DNA from: Camelus ferus
Taxonomy: Eukaryota
Assembly (NCBI RefSeq): GCF_009834535.1
Contig: NC_045697.1
Location: 36,024,001 to 36,088,000 of the forward strand
Reading direction: 5' to 3'
Length of the DNA stretch: 64,000 nucleotides
The notes under the pieces are model-generated. The model was not told the DNA's origin. It saw nothing but the letters and a program-made list of their open reading frames with translations, and did no database searches. The translations under genes and the position numbers were made by a program. Shown here in pieces: positions 36,901 through 50,425 of this stretch (the stretch's first letter is position 1; the number at the start of each line of letters is the position of its first letter).

Positions 36901-37669
36901 CTTGCCTTTGCCTGAAGTCCCTCTCCCTGGACCCCTGCTGCCTCCTGCCAGCAGCCTCAGCCACTCCTGCGGGGCAGGGTGGTGACCGCTCAGGAATGGC
37001 TGATAATGAGAACTGCAGCCACCTTTATGGAGGGTCAGGTGCCACGCACTGTGCTAAGAGGCACATTTTCTCCCTTCTCTGATTTAAGGTTTACTGCCAC
37101 CCTGCCTGGTTGCCTACAGGAGAATACTGAGGGCTTTTCCCACTCAGATCACGTGGCCAGTAGAAGGCAGAGGTAGGAATCAAACCCAGGCCTGTAAAAC
37201 CAAGAAGGCTGTGTCTGAAGTGAGATGGTGCCTGGCAGGAGGCTACAGGGGAGAAAGATACTATGCTCGTCATTGTCCCAACAACATGTCTTCCCAAACT
37301 CCTCCAGCCCTGCCCTCTCCCTGCCACAGTGCAGAGATAGTCCCGGGAGCCTCCCTCAATAATCTGGAGGATGGAAAGCAGTGAAAACTCTTGAGTAGCT
37401 AAGCACTGATCAGACACCAGAGAATACATGCCCTGTAGGAATCAGGAATAGCATCTTAGCCCTTACTGCCCAGAGTAGGTGAGACCTCCCTGCTCCCTCC
37501 ACGCACGTCGGGTCATGGTGGTTCCTGGGACCGGCAGAAGGAGCAGGCGGGAGAGAAGGCAGGCGGATAGAGATGGGAAGTGCTGGGAAGTTGAACAAAG
37601 GGCCCCGGCCCACCCTTCCCACTCCTACCTCGGGGCTCCCATTCAGATGGATCACCAAGGACTCAGTAC

Positions 37670-37789
37670 CTGGGTTCCTGGCTTCAGGGTTGACACAAGG
37701 TCTTTGATCATTTTGGCCTCGGAGACTGTGACTCCGCCCACCACAAAGAGGATCAGGAGAGGGTGGTCGCTGGGATGGGGCCGGCTCAC
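37670..37789 (-). CDS. SCFD2: SCFD2 penultimate coding exon (VSRPHPSDHPLLILFVVGGVTVSEAKMIKDLVSTLKPGTQ)
   Basis: TTTTGCAG acceptor, CAG|GTACTG donor, 120 nt, phase 0. Sec1/Munc18-type FVVGGVTxSE motif. Confidence 0.94.
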
Positions 37790-38099
37790 CTGCAAAACAA
37801 ACCCCACCAGCGTCAGAGGTGTCTTCAGGTGAGATGAACCCCCCTTAGAGATTACGATCCGTAGGGGTCAGATGTGTTAGAGGTCTGTGAACCCACTGAC
37901 CAGGAACATGCATAGCATAAATGCAATATTTAAATAAATATTTTATTGAAAGAAACGTTAAAGGAGTTGGGGAATGAGGGGCAGCTTTTCCTTCCTATCC
38001 AGTCTGCAGGTCTCAGCATAAACGTGCTCCTGCCTTACAGGGCTCTGTGCACTTCCTTCCAAGCGATGCCACAGCCTGGGGTCATCGTCTGTTCATTTA

Positions 38100-38255
38100 T
38101 ACATTTGTTTCCTCAAGGGCTGTCTCCTCTACTGGAACATAAACTCCATGAGGCAGTGATCTTGTCTGCCTGTTTCACTGTCGATTTCCCAGTGTACCTA
38201 GTGAAGTTTCTGGCACAGAGTAGATGCTCAATAAATGTCTGTGGAACTGACGGAT
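38100..38255 (+). mobile_element. LINE-2 3' end
   Basis: TAAACTCCATGAGGCAG...TCTGGCACAGAGTAGATGCTCAATAAATG. Confidence 0.7.
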
Positions 38256-39329
38256 GGTCAAAGCCCTAGGCATGGGGTGGTGGAAGATACACAAAGATGC
38301 AAGGGCCCAGGGCCAGTTGTGAGTGCACTGCCTTTACCTTCTGCAAACCAGCCTCAGCTGCAGAACTGCTCTACCTAGAACACCACACTGGATGTCCTGG
38401 AGAATTCTTCCCGATGCCTTACCAGTAAGGTGAAGTATTCTAAAAAACTAAAGTGAGACTGTCTCCGGGTAACCTTTCAGGAAATGCACTATGCCAACAC
38501 GGAGACTTAGCGACTAACTGAAAGGGACAAGAAGGGGTTCCTAAAGACAGTGTGTTTTGAGCCCTACCCCGCAGCCTGGGATAGGGTGGGGAGGAGTGAG
38601 CAGAGGTGGTATGAGTGCTCACCAGGTTGGGCGAGCAGGCTGGAGACCCAGCCAGGACAGAGCAGCAGGTAGTCCTCACAGGAACGATGCCTCGGGGCTA
38701 CTGAAGCCAGAGGCGGGAGGCTTGACTCCAGCAGGGAGAAGGGAGACAAAGGTGGTGAGTGTGTGTCTTGTTCACACCCACTAGCACACACGCCACCTCT
38801 GGGCCAAGGGACAGTCCCCAGAAGCAGCAGGCTGGGGCAGGAGGGAGGAAGCCCCTTCTCTTACCCAAGCTCCAACTCCTCTCTCAGCTGGATTCTTCTG
38901 ACTTCCTTGCTTAAATACATCCACTTTTCAGTGTCTTATTTTAAAAACACTTAAAAAGGTAATGCACGAAGTGTTTCTGGTTATATGTTTCTCCTTGTCT
39001 TCTAGAGAGGAAACTCAGAGTGGGGAGGGAGGGAGAGGAAAGAAAGGCAGAAAGAAAGTAGGAATGATAGGTCTACATTTTTTCAAAGTAGGTGGAGGTG
39101 AATACTGGGAAAAGTTACAAAACTCTTTGATCTTTAGAAAAAGACTGGACTTCTCAGCCACCATCAGCTTTCTGCCTGGTAGGCAGCTCCCTCCCGTGAC
39201 TGCATTGTTGACTGCTCTCTTCCAATCCATGTCCTACACACCCATGGCAGCCCTGCTTTTGTCCCACCGTTCCCCTGGAACTGTGCCTGCTGCAGTCACC
39301 AATGGCCATCGCATGTAGAGTCAGTGGAC

Positions 39330-39960
39330 AATCCTTGTCTTCATTTAACTGGACACTTCTGTGGCATCTGTCAGTTGATGGCACCCTTCTTGGCTACCAC
39401 AAAATCACTCTCAGTTGTTCCCTTCACCTTCCCAGTGGTCTCTTCTCAATTTCTTCATAGGTTCCTTTTCTTGGTCTGCCCTTTAAATGTCAGCGCTACT
39501 TAGGGCTCCATCTTTGGCCCCTTGCTCTTCTCATTCAAGGACCTCGTCTACTCTTATGTCTTCAATAATCTTTTATATACTGCCCAAATCTATGTCTTTA
39601 GCACTTCTGTTGAGTTCCTGTGGCCATCTCCACCTGGATGGCTCCTGGGATCCCTAAACTCAACAGATTTCAAATTTGATGCACGATCTCCCCGCTAAGT
39701 CTACTCCTTCTCTTGACTGTCTAACAGTATCACCACTCACAGTCACCGGAGTCAGACTCCTGAGAGTCATCTGAGACTCTGTGGTCTCTTCCATCTCCCA
39801 GATCAAGTCCTGTTAATTCTCCCCCTGTTCTGGTCAGCTCTCATTCCTTTCTCACTAGATTATTGTTATAGCCTTCTAATTTGTCTCCCTGCCCCTGGTC
39901 TGGCCATCCCCCGTCCATTCTCCTCATTCCTGCCTAAGTAAGCTTTCTGAAGTGCAAATA
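39330..39960 (+). mobile_element. LINE-2 fragment
   Basis: CCTTTAAATGT...AGGGCTCCATCTTTGGCCCCTTGCTCTTCTC...TCTCCACCTGGATG...AAACTCAACA, typical of degraded L2 ORF2/3' region. Confidence 0.6.
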
Positions 39961-40879
39961 TTAACTATTGAATATAGTGAGCACTATACTAAATCTTTTT
40001 GTGCGTTCATTATCTTATCCGATTCTCAAAAATCCTTCAGAGGCAAACGCAATATTTGGTGTATTTTGCAGATGGAGAGATTTAAGGTTATACATGTGAC
40101 TAAATCGGGGAGCTAGGGGCCAGCCTCCAGAGGCCACCTTCTTAAACACTCCACAACTCCATCATATGCCCACATTCTCTCTGGAATGAAAATAAATTCA
40201 AAATCCTCAATTCAGTATATAAAGCTCTTCTAACATGGCTTTGTTTTTTGCCCCTATTTGCATCTCCTCCATACACACCATTTGCTGGAGTCACTCACAA
40301 TGACTTTAGCCAACATAAACGCATGGCATTTTTTTTTAACATTTTGTTAAACAAACAACACTGTACTGAACATTTGCACTGAAAAGTGCATTTATCACAA
40401 ATGTTCAGTTTAGTTTCTTTCCGGAAACTAAACAAATCCATGGGACCAGTACCCAGATGAAGAAACAAACAGAAAGCCAGCACCCTGGTATCCATCTTAG
40501 GCCCCCTCGTGTCAGTACCTCACCAAGGGTAACTACCATCTTGACTTCTAGCACTTAACATGGCACTCTGCTTTTTTTGCTCAACAATACACCCTGGAGA
40601 TTTCTGCATATTAGTGGGAAAGATCTGTCGCCCATAGGCATTGGTTGGGACCATTCCAGTGGGTTTTGGCCTCTGGTTACTAAACAGTTTTAGTGTCATC
40701 TGCATCATACTACTTTCTGTGGTGTGTACAGTTTCCTCTGTGTGAAGTACCCTCACCTCTCCTTCTTTACTTCCTTCCTTCTTTCTCTCTTTAAAAGGCA
40801 TCCATTCCTCTAAAGTTTTCTCCCTAACCACCTCTCAACTTTTGACCTATGACTTGAATCTGACAGATACCTCTGCCTT

Positions 40880-41062
40880 GGCCTTGTCAAACTGGACTGA
40901 GACCTTGACATAGCTGCCTGTCTCTTCTTCTGGACTGTAAGCTACTGGAGGGTAGGGACTAATCATATTTGTCTTGGCATTTTGGGCTCCGAGCATAGAG
41001 CAAGATCATGGTCAACTTTGAACAAATGCTGCATGAATAAAATGAATGGATGAATGAATGAC
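40880..41062 (+). mobile_element. LINE-2 3' end
   Basis: GGACTGTAAGCTACTGGAGGGTAGGGACT...AAATGCTGCATGAATAAAATGAATGGATGAATGAATG. Confidence 0.65.
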
Positions 41063-43511
41063 TGAGGTCCATAGGTTAACTGGAGATATCTTTCTTTTCT
41101 TAGATGTCTTTTAGACACTCACTCTGCTTTATGCGTGTTTTCCCCAGACTGGGTAACTAACCCAAGGTTCCTTCCAACCCTACAAACAATTGTTTCTCAC
41201 TTAATCCTGGGACAGAAATACAACTTGCTCCAGAAATTCAAGTGGTACAGTATGTTCCCAAAGACATATGCTTTCCATAAGAGAGCCTGGACCCTGAAGT
41301 ACACTGCGAGAATCTTGGAAGGATGAATTGAAAGATGAAAAGGAAAAAAGAAATGAACAGCAACAACAAAGAATAATACCCTTGAGCCAAGAAGCTGAGA
41401 GAATGTTGATTTTGGTACAAATTAACAGGTCCCATTAATGCACGTTGCTGTTGCTATTTTGGTTTCTGTTTAGATTTATGTTTTGATACCAGATTTCCTT
41501 TTAGAATGTGTCAAGTCGGCAGGCTATTGGGAAGTGGCATCTCTTCAGTCTTTTCCATCCGAATAACACATTCCTTCTAATCAGCCACACTCGGCTGAGT
41601 CCCATTTGTATGTGAGTTCACGGTGTAAGGCACTTTGAAGAGGAAAGATTTAAGCATCATGACTGCCATCACAAACACATAGATTAATGAAGCAAGTCAG
41701 ACTCACTGCTCTTTCTTTCATTTGCTAAACCTTCGCCGGCTGTGATTTTAAGACATCAGTTCTGGGCAGAGAAGACAGTCTCTCCCTACCATCCACCCCA
41801 GCCTTTGAAGCAGAGGCTGCCGACACCTTCTCTGCAGCTGTGGGCCCCAGAGCGCCCTTTGATGTCCTGATTGGTTTCTACCAGAAGGGTTTCCTCTGTT
41901 CCCAGTTTCTCTGGAGTTTACTAGGCATTCCTGGAATCCTCTGTTTCTCTTTGTATGTGACTCGCTTGTCCCCAGCACAGACAAGGGTCAGGTCCCCTGT
42001 TCTCCAAAGATGGGCAAGGCCTCGTAGGAGGGAGTAAACTTAACAGGAGCATGGCCCCCAGGGCACTGGGAACAGCCATGCTGACTTTGAAGACGGCTTG
42101 GTAATGGCTTGTCCTCCAATGGGATTTTTCTGTTTTTGTTTTTGTTTTTGTTTTTTTATTGTGATGAATTTATTCTCAAAGTATTTACATGTTTGCAGTT
42201 AAGTATTAGCATCCTGCCCAGAAATAACTCCTCAAAAGGCCACTCCAGCTCTGCCACCCACCACTTCACATCTAGCACTGCTTCTTACTCATTTAACCAT
42301 CCGGTCTGCAAAGGTTTGCTGAGCAGCTAGTACGTGCTAAGACACTGCTCAAGGCACCAGGGACTCAGCAGGGGATGAGCCAGAGAGGAATCCTTGCTGT
42401 GGCAGAGTTTATATTTTAGTTAGAGAGAATGACAAAATACGTAAGTAAATTGGTAAGTGAGGAGGGTGGGGAGTGCTGTGGAGGAAAATAAGGCAGGAGG
42501 TGGGGAAAGCATTACTTTGCACACTCCTCAGACTCTGTGAATTAGGCAGGCGCTCTGTGTGACAGACAGAGACAGTGAGGCTTACAGAGGTGACTTATCT
42601 AATGTCTTCCAGTAAGTAAGCTGCAGGGCTGAGACAAATCCAAGTCTGCCTCACGGCAGAGTGGGGTGCATTCCACACACCCTCAGTTATAAACAGACTC
42701 TTCGAACTGAAAGCATTTTTACTAGCTTTCATCTCTTAAAACGCTGCACTTTTAGTTCTTTAGCAACATTAGCCGATTACCAGGTTCCTCCTGGGACTTA
42801 TTTGATCACATGGCAAAGGTTTCCATGCTGCCAGGGCCACTCTGTCCTTTAGCTTGACCTCCCTGCCAAGTTTGGTGCAGTGGATGGTTTCCCTTTTCCA
42901 GAAACTTCTCTCCCGACCCTCTCTGCTTTCGAAGCCCTCTCAGTTTCTCTCCCTCCTCCTGGACTCTCCTCTTGCTCGACCAGCCCCATCATGTACGGTG
43001 TTCCCAACTGCTGGGGCCTCTTCTCCCTTCCTGCGTGGCCCTGTCCTGTCCACGATCCGTGCCTCACACACATCAGCAGCCCCAACTTGCTACTTTTGGC
43101 CCAGGCTCTGCTGAGCTGCAAAGCTGTCCTCACAGGCCCCTAAACTCTAAAATGCAAATTATCTTCCTCTCCATTTCCGCTTCCAAGTCAGAGACAATGG
43201 TAATACTGGCCATCAAGTCATCCCCTACTGGGCAAATGACGCTGGACAACACCCTTTCTTTGCTTCCACATCCCATCCGTGTGCAGGCCTGTGGGGTCCA
43301 CCAGCACTGCACCCCTGCTCCCATTCCCTCTGCCTACCTGAGCCCTGACGCTCATCTTCTCACCTTCCCTCCCCAACCTGATGCCAGTCTGACCTTGTTC
43401 CCCCCATCACTGCTGCCAGGGTGATTTTTATAAAGTATATACTGCTTATATACTCCTAAAAAATATTTCATGGAACTTCATTGGTTTTGGTCAAACTCCA
43501 AACTCTAGCCC

Positions 43512-43637
43512 TTTTTAAAACTTTTTTCTGGGGGAGTAATTAGGTATTTATTTATTTGTGATAGAGGTACTGGGGATTGAACCCCCGATCTCATGCATGC
43601 TAAGCATGCACTCTACCACTCAGCTACACCCTCCCCC
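43512..43637 (-). mobile_element. tRNA-derived SINE (Vic-1-like, long-tail form)
   Basis: GGGGAGTAATTAGG + (TTTA)n + GGTACTGGGGATTGAACCC...CAGCTACACCCTCCCC. Confidence 0.85.
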
Positions 43638-46051
43638 TTATCTCTCTGTCTTCATCTCTTCCACTTCTTACATGCCGCTCTTAGCTCCAGCCATTGGGAG
43701 CTACCTGGAATTCCTTCAATGCAGCCTGGCATTTCACCACTTTGTTCCTCACTCTTCTGGTCGGACACATTCAGCTCCTCTGACTCCCTGAATGAGCTCC
43801 CCGTTCTCTGTGCCTTCACACCCCGTCCAGACACCACTTAGCCCTTCGCTCTGCACTCCTCAATGTTCCCATCCGTCTCCCTAACAAACGGTAAGCTATT
43901 GATGTAAGCGATGCCGCGGCAGGTAGGATGTCTGGTTTGTCTCTTTATCTTCCTTATCCCCAACAGGGACTAGCACACAAAAGAGGCTCTCTGTAATTGC
44001 TCACAGGCAGACAAAGTTCGCTGCCTGCCAAAACTGAGTTTTTGTTTAATGATTCCTACCCAAATCCATCTCACTAGAACTTATGGGTCAGATTTAGCGA
44101 ATGTTAGACAAAAATCAAGCCACAGTATGGAGCATAATTAAGAAAAGGAAAATATAAACAATGGTTATAAATAGTATTGCAAACAAATTCCAAGACTTGT
44201 GCCGATTTAATCAACCGACACCAAATGCTGAGACATTCTCCTCTTCTCAGAAGTGCCATTAAGTACAATGGACTGAAGCCAACAGTTCGTCTCTGAGTCT
44301 TGTTTTTCTTATGTAAACAATGTGGAGCTGGATGAGGTGACCTTCAGGCAGTCCAGCTCTCACAGTCCAAGAATCTGACATCAAACTGCACCTGAAGCTC
44401 ATCACTTTTGCCCTTTATCCTCACAGCATCCTTCACCCCTGCTGTAGACGCGTCTGAGGTGTCTGTCCAGCCCACACGTGAACAGTCTCCTCCATATGCA
44501 TGGTCATGGGATAGGCTCCCGCAGCCGTGTGGTTACAGTGTGATCCTGCCCCTCAAGCTCAACTGAATAGTCCTGGAATGGGCCTCGACCCAGGCTGGGC
44601 CGACTCGAGACCCTTCCTAGGAATCAAGATTTGACCTAAGACAGATGAGGCCCAGCCAGAGCTGAGCTCTTAAGAAGCATCAAAAGCTATGGCAGAGCTC
44701 CCCAGCCACTCACTCAACTCACATTTGCTGAGTACCCTCTGATGCTGGGACTTCTCAGTGTCTTCTGCAGGCCACAGCAAGTCTCAAAGGCCTGCCTGCT
44801 TTCCAGTTCTTGGTCCCAATTCTCCCTGATGCTCACTGCATTGCTGCCCTTGGGTTCCTGGAGACACCCTTGGTCCTCACAATGAGGACCTTCTTTGATT
44901 CAGTTAGTACAACACGTTGGCAGCTTAGCTGCCACCGGAAGTGTTTCAACTACTTTCCCCTCACCACTTCCAGCTCCGCAGGGCTTGCCTGGCGGCTGTT
45001 CCTTCTCTCCTTGTGGGCCTTTTTCCACTGCTAAGGCGGCGGAGTGCTCACGTGAACTCCAGTGAAGGGCCCAGAGGCAAGCACTGGGTCTTCTTTGAGT
45101 CTTTTTTCATAAATCTTTTATTTTTTTCCCATTAAGCCTGAATTTATAAGAAATGGGACCACCACAACGAAAAGTTCAAAACCGCTCATAAAAGGACGTA
45201 AAAGGGCCTTGTGCAATTTCAGGAGATAAAACCCACTCTCCTCAGGCCGATTCCAGTGGAGAAAACATCTTGACAAATTATGTCCTTTAGTCAAAACAAG
45301 CTGGAGTCCAAACACATGGAGTAGATATAAAATGTATTATTTTTAGGAGACTGAAATCCAAACCACAAATTCCAGAAACGCATTTTCAAAGTGCTGCCTA
45401 TTAGACATGCTAGTTTTAAATTAAATTAACGTTGTAGTGAGTCCGGTAAGGTATGGTTCGATTTATTTATTAGATCATTATCGAGCTTTTCTTGAAGGAG
45501 ATCAAGGGGGCCCACGCACAAGCATTTGAAGAGAAGGCTGTTTTAAAAATGTCAGGTTCGACCAGAACTGTTTCTCTCCAGTTTGTTATCCCCCATCCCC
45601 CAGGGCACAGCCTCCGGGTACTGCCCTTTGAAGCCGACAGCTTTAAGAGGCTGACCACAAGTCTGCCCTCTGGCTGAGGAGGGCATTTAGCTGACTCAAA
45701 ACACTTTCTCGGAACCACAGGAAGAATGATCTCCCGGGAACCCTGCTCTCTGCCCCAGCCCGTCTGCTCTATCTAACGGGGCCAGATGGGGCCGGCTTGG
45801 GGGAGGAAAGTCCTGCCACTCAGTTTCTCATCATTCAGGAAGTTTTTTTTTTCCTTTTGAGATGATATTATTTAAAAAGATATGAGCACATAGCAGGCAC
45901 GCCTTTAATTCTCAAAGCCTTTCTGGGCTCACTTACTTTGAAACCAGGTCAGAAGCATGAATGAATTTTCTGTCCTCTAGATGGGAGGGAAAACCCCTAG
46001 AATTAGCCAAACACTGTCCTCGCCGGGCTGGATAGTGAAACAGACATCTAG

Positions 46052-46520
46052 GTGGAGTGCAGACTGTATTTTTCCAAAAGTGGCCACATCAGTGTTTTCT
46101 GCTTCTTATCCTCTGGTTCCCTTTTAAATAGGAAGAGAGCATGTCCCTCCCCTTGAATCCAGGTGGGCGTCTGACTGCCTGGAACAACAGAGTACTGCGG
46201 GAGTGATGCTACGTGGCTTCTGAGCCTCCCACCTGCACTTTCTCTTAGGACACTTGTCCTTATAAGGCAGGCGCCATGCTGTGAGGAAGCTCAGGCCATG
46301 TGGAGAGGAACTGAGCCCTTTAACTCACAGGCTGGGCTGAGCTACCAGCAGAACATTAGCATCAACCTGCTGACCATGCAAGTGTGGCATCTTGAAGGAG
46401 AGGTCTTCTCTGCTGAGCTCTGCCCAGAGTGCAGATTCATGAACAAAATAAATGACCAATAATATTTCTGAGCCAGTGTTTGGACATGGTTTCTTATGTG
46501 CCAATTGACAGTCAGAACAG
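46052..46520 (+). mobile_element. MaLR LTR (MLT1H-like)
   Basis: CCCTCCCCTTGAATCCAGGTGGGC...CCATGCTGTGAGGAAGCTCAGGCC...TGCAGATTCATGAACAAAATAAATGA. Confidence 0.7.
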
Positions 46521-46613
46521 GTGGGGATGAAGGACTTCTCTGGAGACTCTGATTTATACAGGAAAGTGTGCTGAAATAACATTAAGAAAGTGATTTTAAC
46601 AGGTTGCAGTCTC

Positions 46614-46782
46614 GGGGGTGGGGAGGGTATAGCTCAGTGGTAGAATGTGTGCTTAGCACGCACAAGGTCCTGAGTTCATTCCTCAGTATCTCCATTAAAA
46701 TAAATAAATAAATAAAATAAACAAACAAATAAATAAATAAATAAATCAAACAAACTAATTACCTCCCACCCCTCCTAAAAAG
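46614..46782 (+). mobile_element. tRNA-derived SINE (Vic-1-like, long-tail form)
   Basis: GGGAGGGTATAGCTCAGTGGTAGAATG...GGTCCTGAGTTCA, (TAAA)n, CTAATTACCTCCC; TSD CAGGTTGCAG at 46600-46609 and 46783-46792. Confidence 0.9.
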
Positions 46783-47595
46783 CAGGTTGCAGCCTAACAC
46801 AAATGAGGTTCTAACTTCAGTAAGGGCAAAATCCAACTGCCTTGACTTCCCTCTCACAGAGGATTTGTCTGATGCAGAGAATCTTGGACACACAGGCATC
46901 TTTGTTAACTTTCACTATCTCCAGAAATTTACATAAGTAAGATTGGTCTCTGTGAGCCCCTTCCGAGTGTCCGGAACGGAGGCCCCCAGGTTCCTGCAGC
47001 ACTGAGGCTGTCTGAGGAGCAGCAGGAGACACCTGAGGAGCAGAGCACTTGCCCTCTCCCAGGACGTGGAGACCGAGCATCTAAAGCGCTCCTGGTGGAG
47101 TCGGCGGCCCAGGTTGCTTTGGACTTCGCCTCCGTGCCCTGGGTGGCCACGGTCTAGCCCAGCTGGCGTCTATTCCCTTGAACTATCTTGTCATGGCACA
47201 TGCACAGAATTTCACCATCCCCTTACGGCTTGCCCCAGGAGGGACAGCCTGTGTCCCCTGAGACTGAGGAGGTCAAGGTCAGACTCACAGTGGAGAAGGA
47301 AAAGGGGGTCTGGAAAAACACAGCACAGTCTTAAAGATGTGGTTTCCCACGGGCACAGAATACACTCAGACCTCCAAGTCTCTTAGCAAGAGCCAGTCGG
47401 TGGTGAAATCAGAAATGCTTGTGACTTTCGGGGGAGGCGTCTGTTCTATTCTATGTCATTCACTTGTTCATTCAGCAGTTAATCTGTAGGCCCCAAAAGC
47501 CCAAGCAATAGTTTTGTACACAGATACAAAGATACTAAAGGTAGCTGTTTTCTCAAGAGCCACAGTCTGGCCAGGGTCACAAACTCATAGAAATA

Positions 47596-47850
47596 CCAAT
47601 AGCAAATACACATTTAGCACTTACTATAGGCCAAGCACTGTTCTGACTACTCTGTATGTATTAACTTATTTGGTTCTCAGAACAGCCCTATAAAGGAGGT
47701 AATATTATCATCGCCATTTTACAGATGAGGAAGCTTAGGCACAGAGAGGCTAAGCGACCTATCCATGGTCACACAGCTAGTAAGTGGTGGAGCTCGAGTT
47801 CTAACCCAGACCATCTGACTCTGGATGTTACCACTACTCTCCACTGCCTC
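47596..47850 (-). mobile_element. MIR SINE, near full length
   Basis: CCATTTTACAGATGAGGAAGCTTAGGCACAGAGAGGCTAAG...GGTCACACAGCTAGTAAGTGG. Confidence 0.85.
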
Positions 47851-49664
47851 CTAAAAACAAATCTAGGCAGTAGAATAAAGTGACTGCCGTTATTTCTGCA
47901 TATAAAAATGGCTTTCTATAACAGTGTAAATCAACTATATTTCAATGAAAAAAATGGGGGAAATAGGTTTTTGAGAAGCAGAAAAAAAAAAAGAAAAAAG
48001 AAAAAGAATACACTTTCTTGCCTTATTGAAAAGGGGCCTCGCCGTCAATTTGCTTTACCTAATGGAATATTAGACAATTCGATAGCAATGGGGACCTAAA
48101 TACATTTGTGAAATTGAGTTCGGTTTCTTGCATGCCTGCCATTCCCAATGAGAAGAACATGCCTCCAACAGCTGCTGGTCCAAGGAGAGTAAGATTTGAA
48201 CACAACCCAAAACTTGGAGTCTAGAATCTGGATTTCAGCTGAGCCCAGCTGATGTAGCTGACTCAGATACCCTTTAGAAAGAAATAAATGTGTTTTTTTT
48301 TTAAATGGCCTTCTACTATTTACAAAACCAAAAGAAAAAGTGAGAGATGGGAAATAGAGAAGTCATCCCCATACCTCTCTGGGCCGTGCTCACCCTCCTA
48401 CTTAACACTCTGTTAGGACGCTTCTCCTGACAACTTTTGAGTTCTCACCCTGCAAAACTAGCCCTTTTGCTTCTGTTCTGTTCTCTGGAGAGACAAAGAG
48501 TTGGAAGAAACAGATGTCCATGCCGTCTGTGGACAGAAGAGGCCACCAGGTTCCACTGACAGAGGCAGGGACAGCTTTGTGTCCCTGGACCCAGCAGTGC
48601 TGGGCGGTGGGTGGGAGTAGGGGTGCCCTGCTTCTCCGGCATAACATAATGAAACAAAGATGGGCTTTGCCTTGCTTAGTAGCTGCTGGAAAAGAGGGTC
48701 AGGGACTCCTTTGAGGGTCACTGGAGTTGACTGGTCCAGCTGCTGCCCTCTATCCCTCATAAAGTTGTCAAAATGGAGCTTTCAGCTCAAGGGCAGTAAG
48801 TTGGAAGGAGGAAGCACTGACTGAAGCCTGCTGCCCTCTGGATGGGTGCCCCAACAGGGCTGCTGTGACTCCCTCCCAACCTTCAGCGAGCGCCTGCTGT
48901 AGGCCCATGCAGGTGCCACGCGCTGAGGATTCAAGAAAGAATACGACCTGGATCAGCCCTCCGTTCTCATAGCTATCACTTTCATATCCTTTTGATTGAC
49001 GCCTACAGCAAGACATTTATTTAAATCACAAGTGTGCAGGTAGGTATGACTCAGTTATTTTGTTTCACATCATTAGATGCAAGGCTTCACCTTGCTTGCA
49101 TGTTCTATTCTTCATCGTTAAAAAGTGCTGATTAGACTGCAATGAATTGAGATCTTTATCCACTGATGTGCAGTGGCTCAAGCTGTCCGGTTAGAAAACA
49201 CTAATCTAATATTGGGAGAAAGATACCCAACGTGTGTAATGATGCAACAAAATACGTGCAGCCACAGAAGTGTGCACAGAAGGTATTGGAGCCCTGACGA
49301 CGGCCCTGGGGCCAGGAAAATCCTCTCCCACGTTCTTCCTATTGCTGTCGTGTGGCATCCGCAGCATGTCCTGCAGGGGCGTCCGCTGGTCTGTTTCTCA
49401 GCACATCTCTTGCTGGCTTCTCAGTCTGCCCTCACCCCCTGCACAGACCATAGATCTTGCCCGTGGTGACTGAGCCAACGTCATCTGTGAAACCACCTGC
49501 GAGTCCAGACAGGACAGGGACAAACTAGCAGCTCAGCGCCCTTTCCTGCTGTAGAACTCTCCCCTTTGAACGACGGTACCCCAAGCACAGAAGGAGCCCA
49601 CATTGACTCCTTTATTTTATGAGGCTCTATCTGTTTGTTCCTCTCAGGCTCAGCACCAGTGGGC

Positions 49665-49790
49665 TTTTTTTTTTTTTGGAGGGAGAGGAAACTAGGTTTA
49701 TTTATTTATTTAAATGTAGGTTCTGAGGATTGATCCCAGGACCTCCTGCATGCTAAGCACGCTCTCTACCGCTGAGCTGTATCCTCCCCG
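49665..49790 (-). mobile_element. tRNA-derived SINE (Vic-1-like, long-tail form)
   Basis: Poly-T tail, (TTTA)n, GATTGATCCCAGGACC...CTGAGCTGTATCCTCCCC; TSD CACCAGTGGG at 49654-49663 and 49793-49802. Confidence 0.9.
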
Positions 49791-50204
49791 GTCACCAGTG
49801 GGTCTTGAATGAGACATGGGGGAAGCCAGTCCCAGGGGCAAAGAGCAAGGCAGCCAGTGGCAGGAAAGTAATGGCTATGGCTGCTGATACAGAGGGAGGA
49901 TGCAGTGTGTAGGGGCAACTCAACGCTAAGCACACATTTCTTCTCCTAGGGCTGCACTGCACTGACTCCTGGGGCCAAGTCCCAGAGAAGCAGATGGGGT
50001 ACCAGTGGATGACCCCTGGGAGAGCTCCCTCACATGGGCTGTCTTGGTGACCAGTCCAGGCATGGAGTTTATTGAGGAGTTGCAATAGATACCGGATAGG
50101 GAAAGTGTCTGTGCCAATGAGTCATCGTGAAGAAAATAATTAATGACACAGGAAGATTCAACTTCCAAGAAAAGACCTGCAAGCATCCTTGAAGCCAAGA
50201 AATG

Positions 50205-50425
50205 TGGTGATTAAGAGCATAGGCTTTAGAATAAGACTGACGGGGGGCCAAATCCTGGCGTCCCATTTCCCGTGTGCTCTTTGGAAGATGCCTGAGAACA
50301 GAAGGAAGCATGACCCAATCCCTGCCTTCTGGAAGTCCGTATCTACTGCTTCGCCTTTCTGGGCCTCAGAGTCCTCATGGGTAGAGGAGGGATAATGACA
50401 GGGGTGTTGTGAGGTCTGAACATGA
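50205..50425 (+). mobile_element. MIR SINE
   Basis: TGATTAAGAGCATAGGCTTTAGAAT...CTGGGCCTCAGAGTCCTCAT...GGGTGTTGTGAGG. Confidence 0.6.

Noticed and set aside
46620..46695. tRNA-Ala-like gene (and similar copies elsewhere)
   Set aside because: Degenerate stems, A-rich tails and target-site duplications identify these as SINEs, not tRNA genes.
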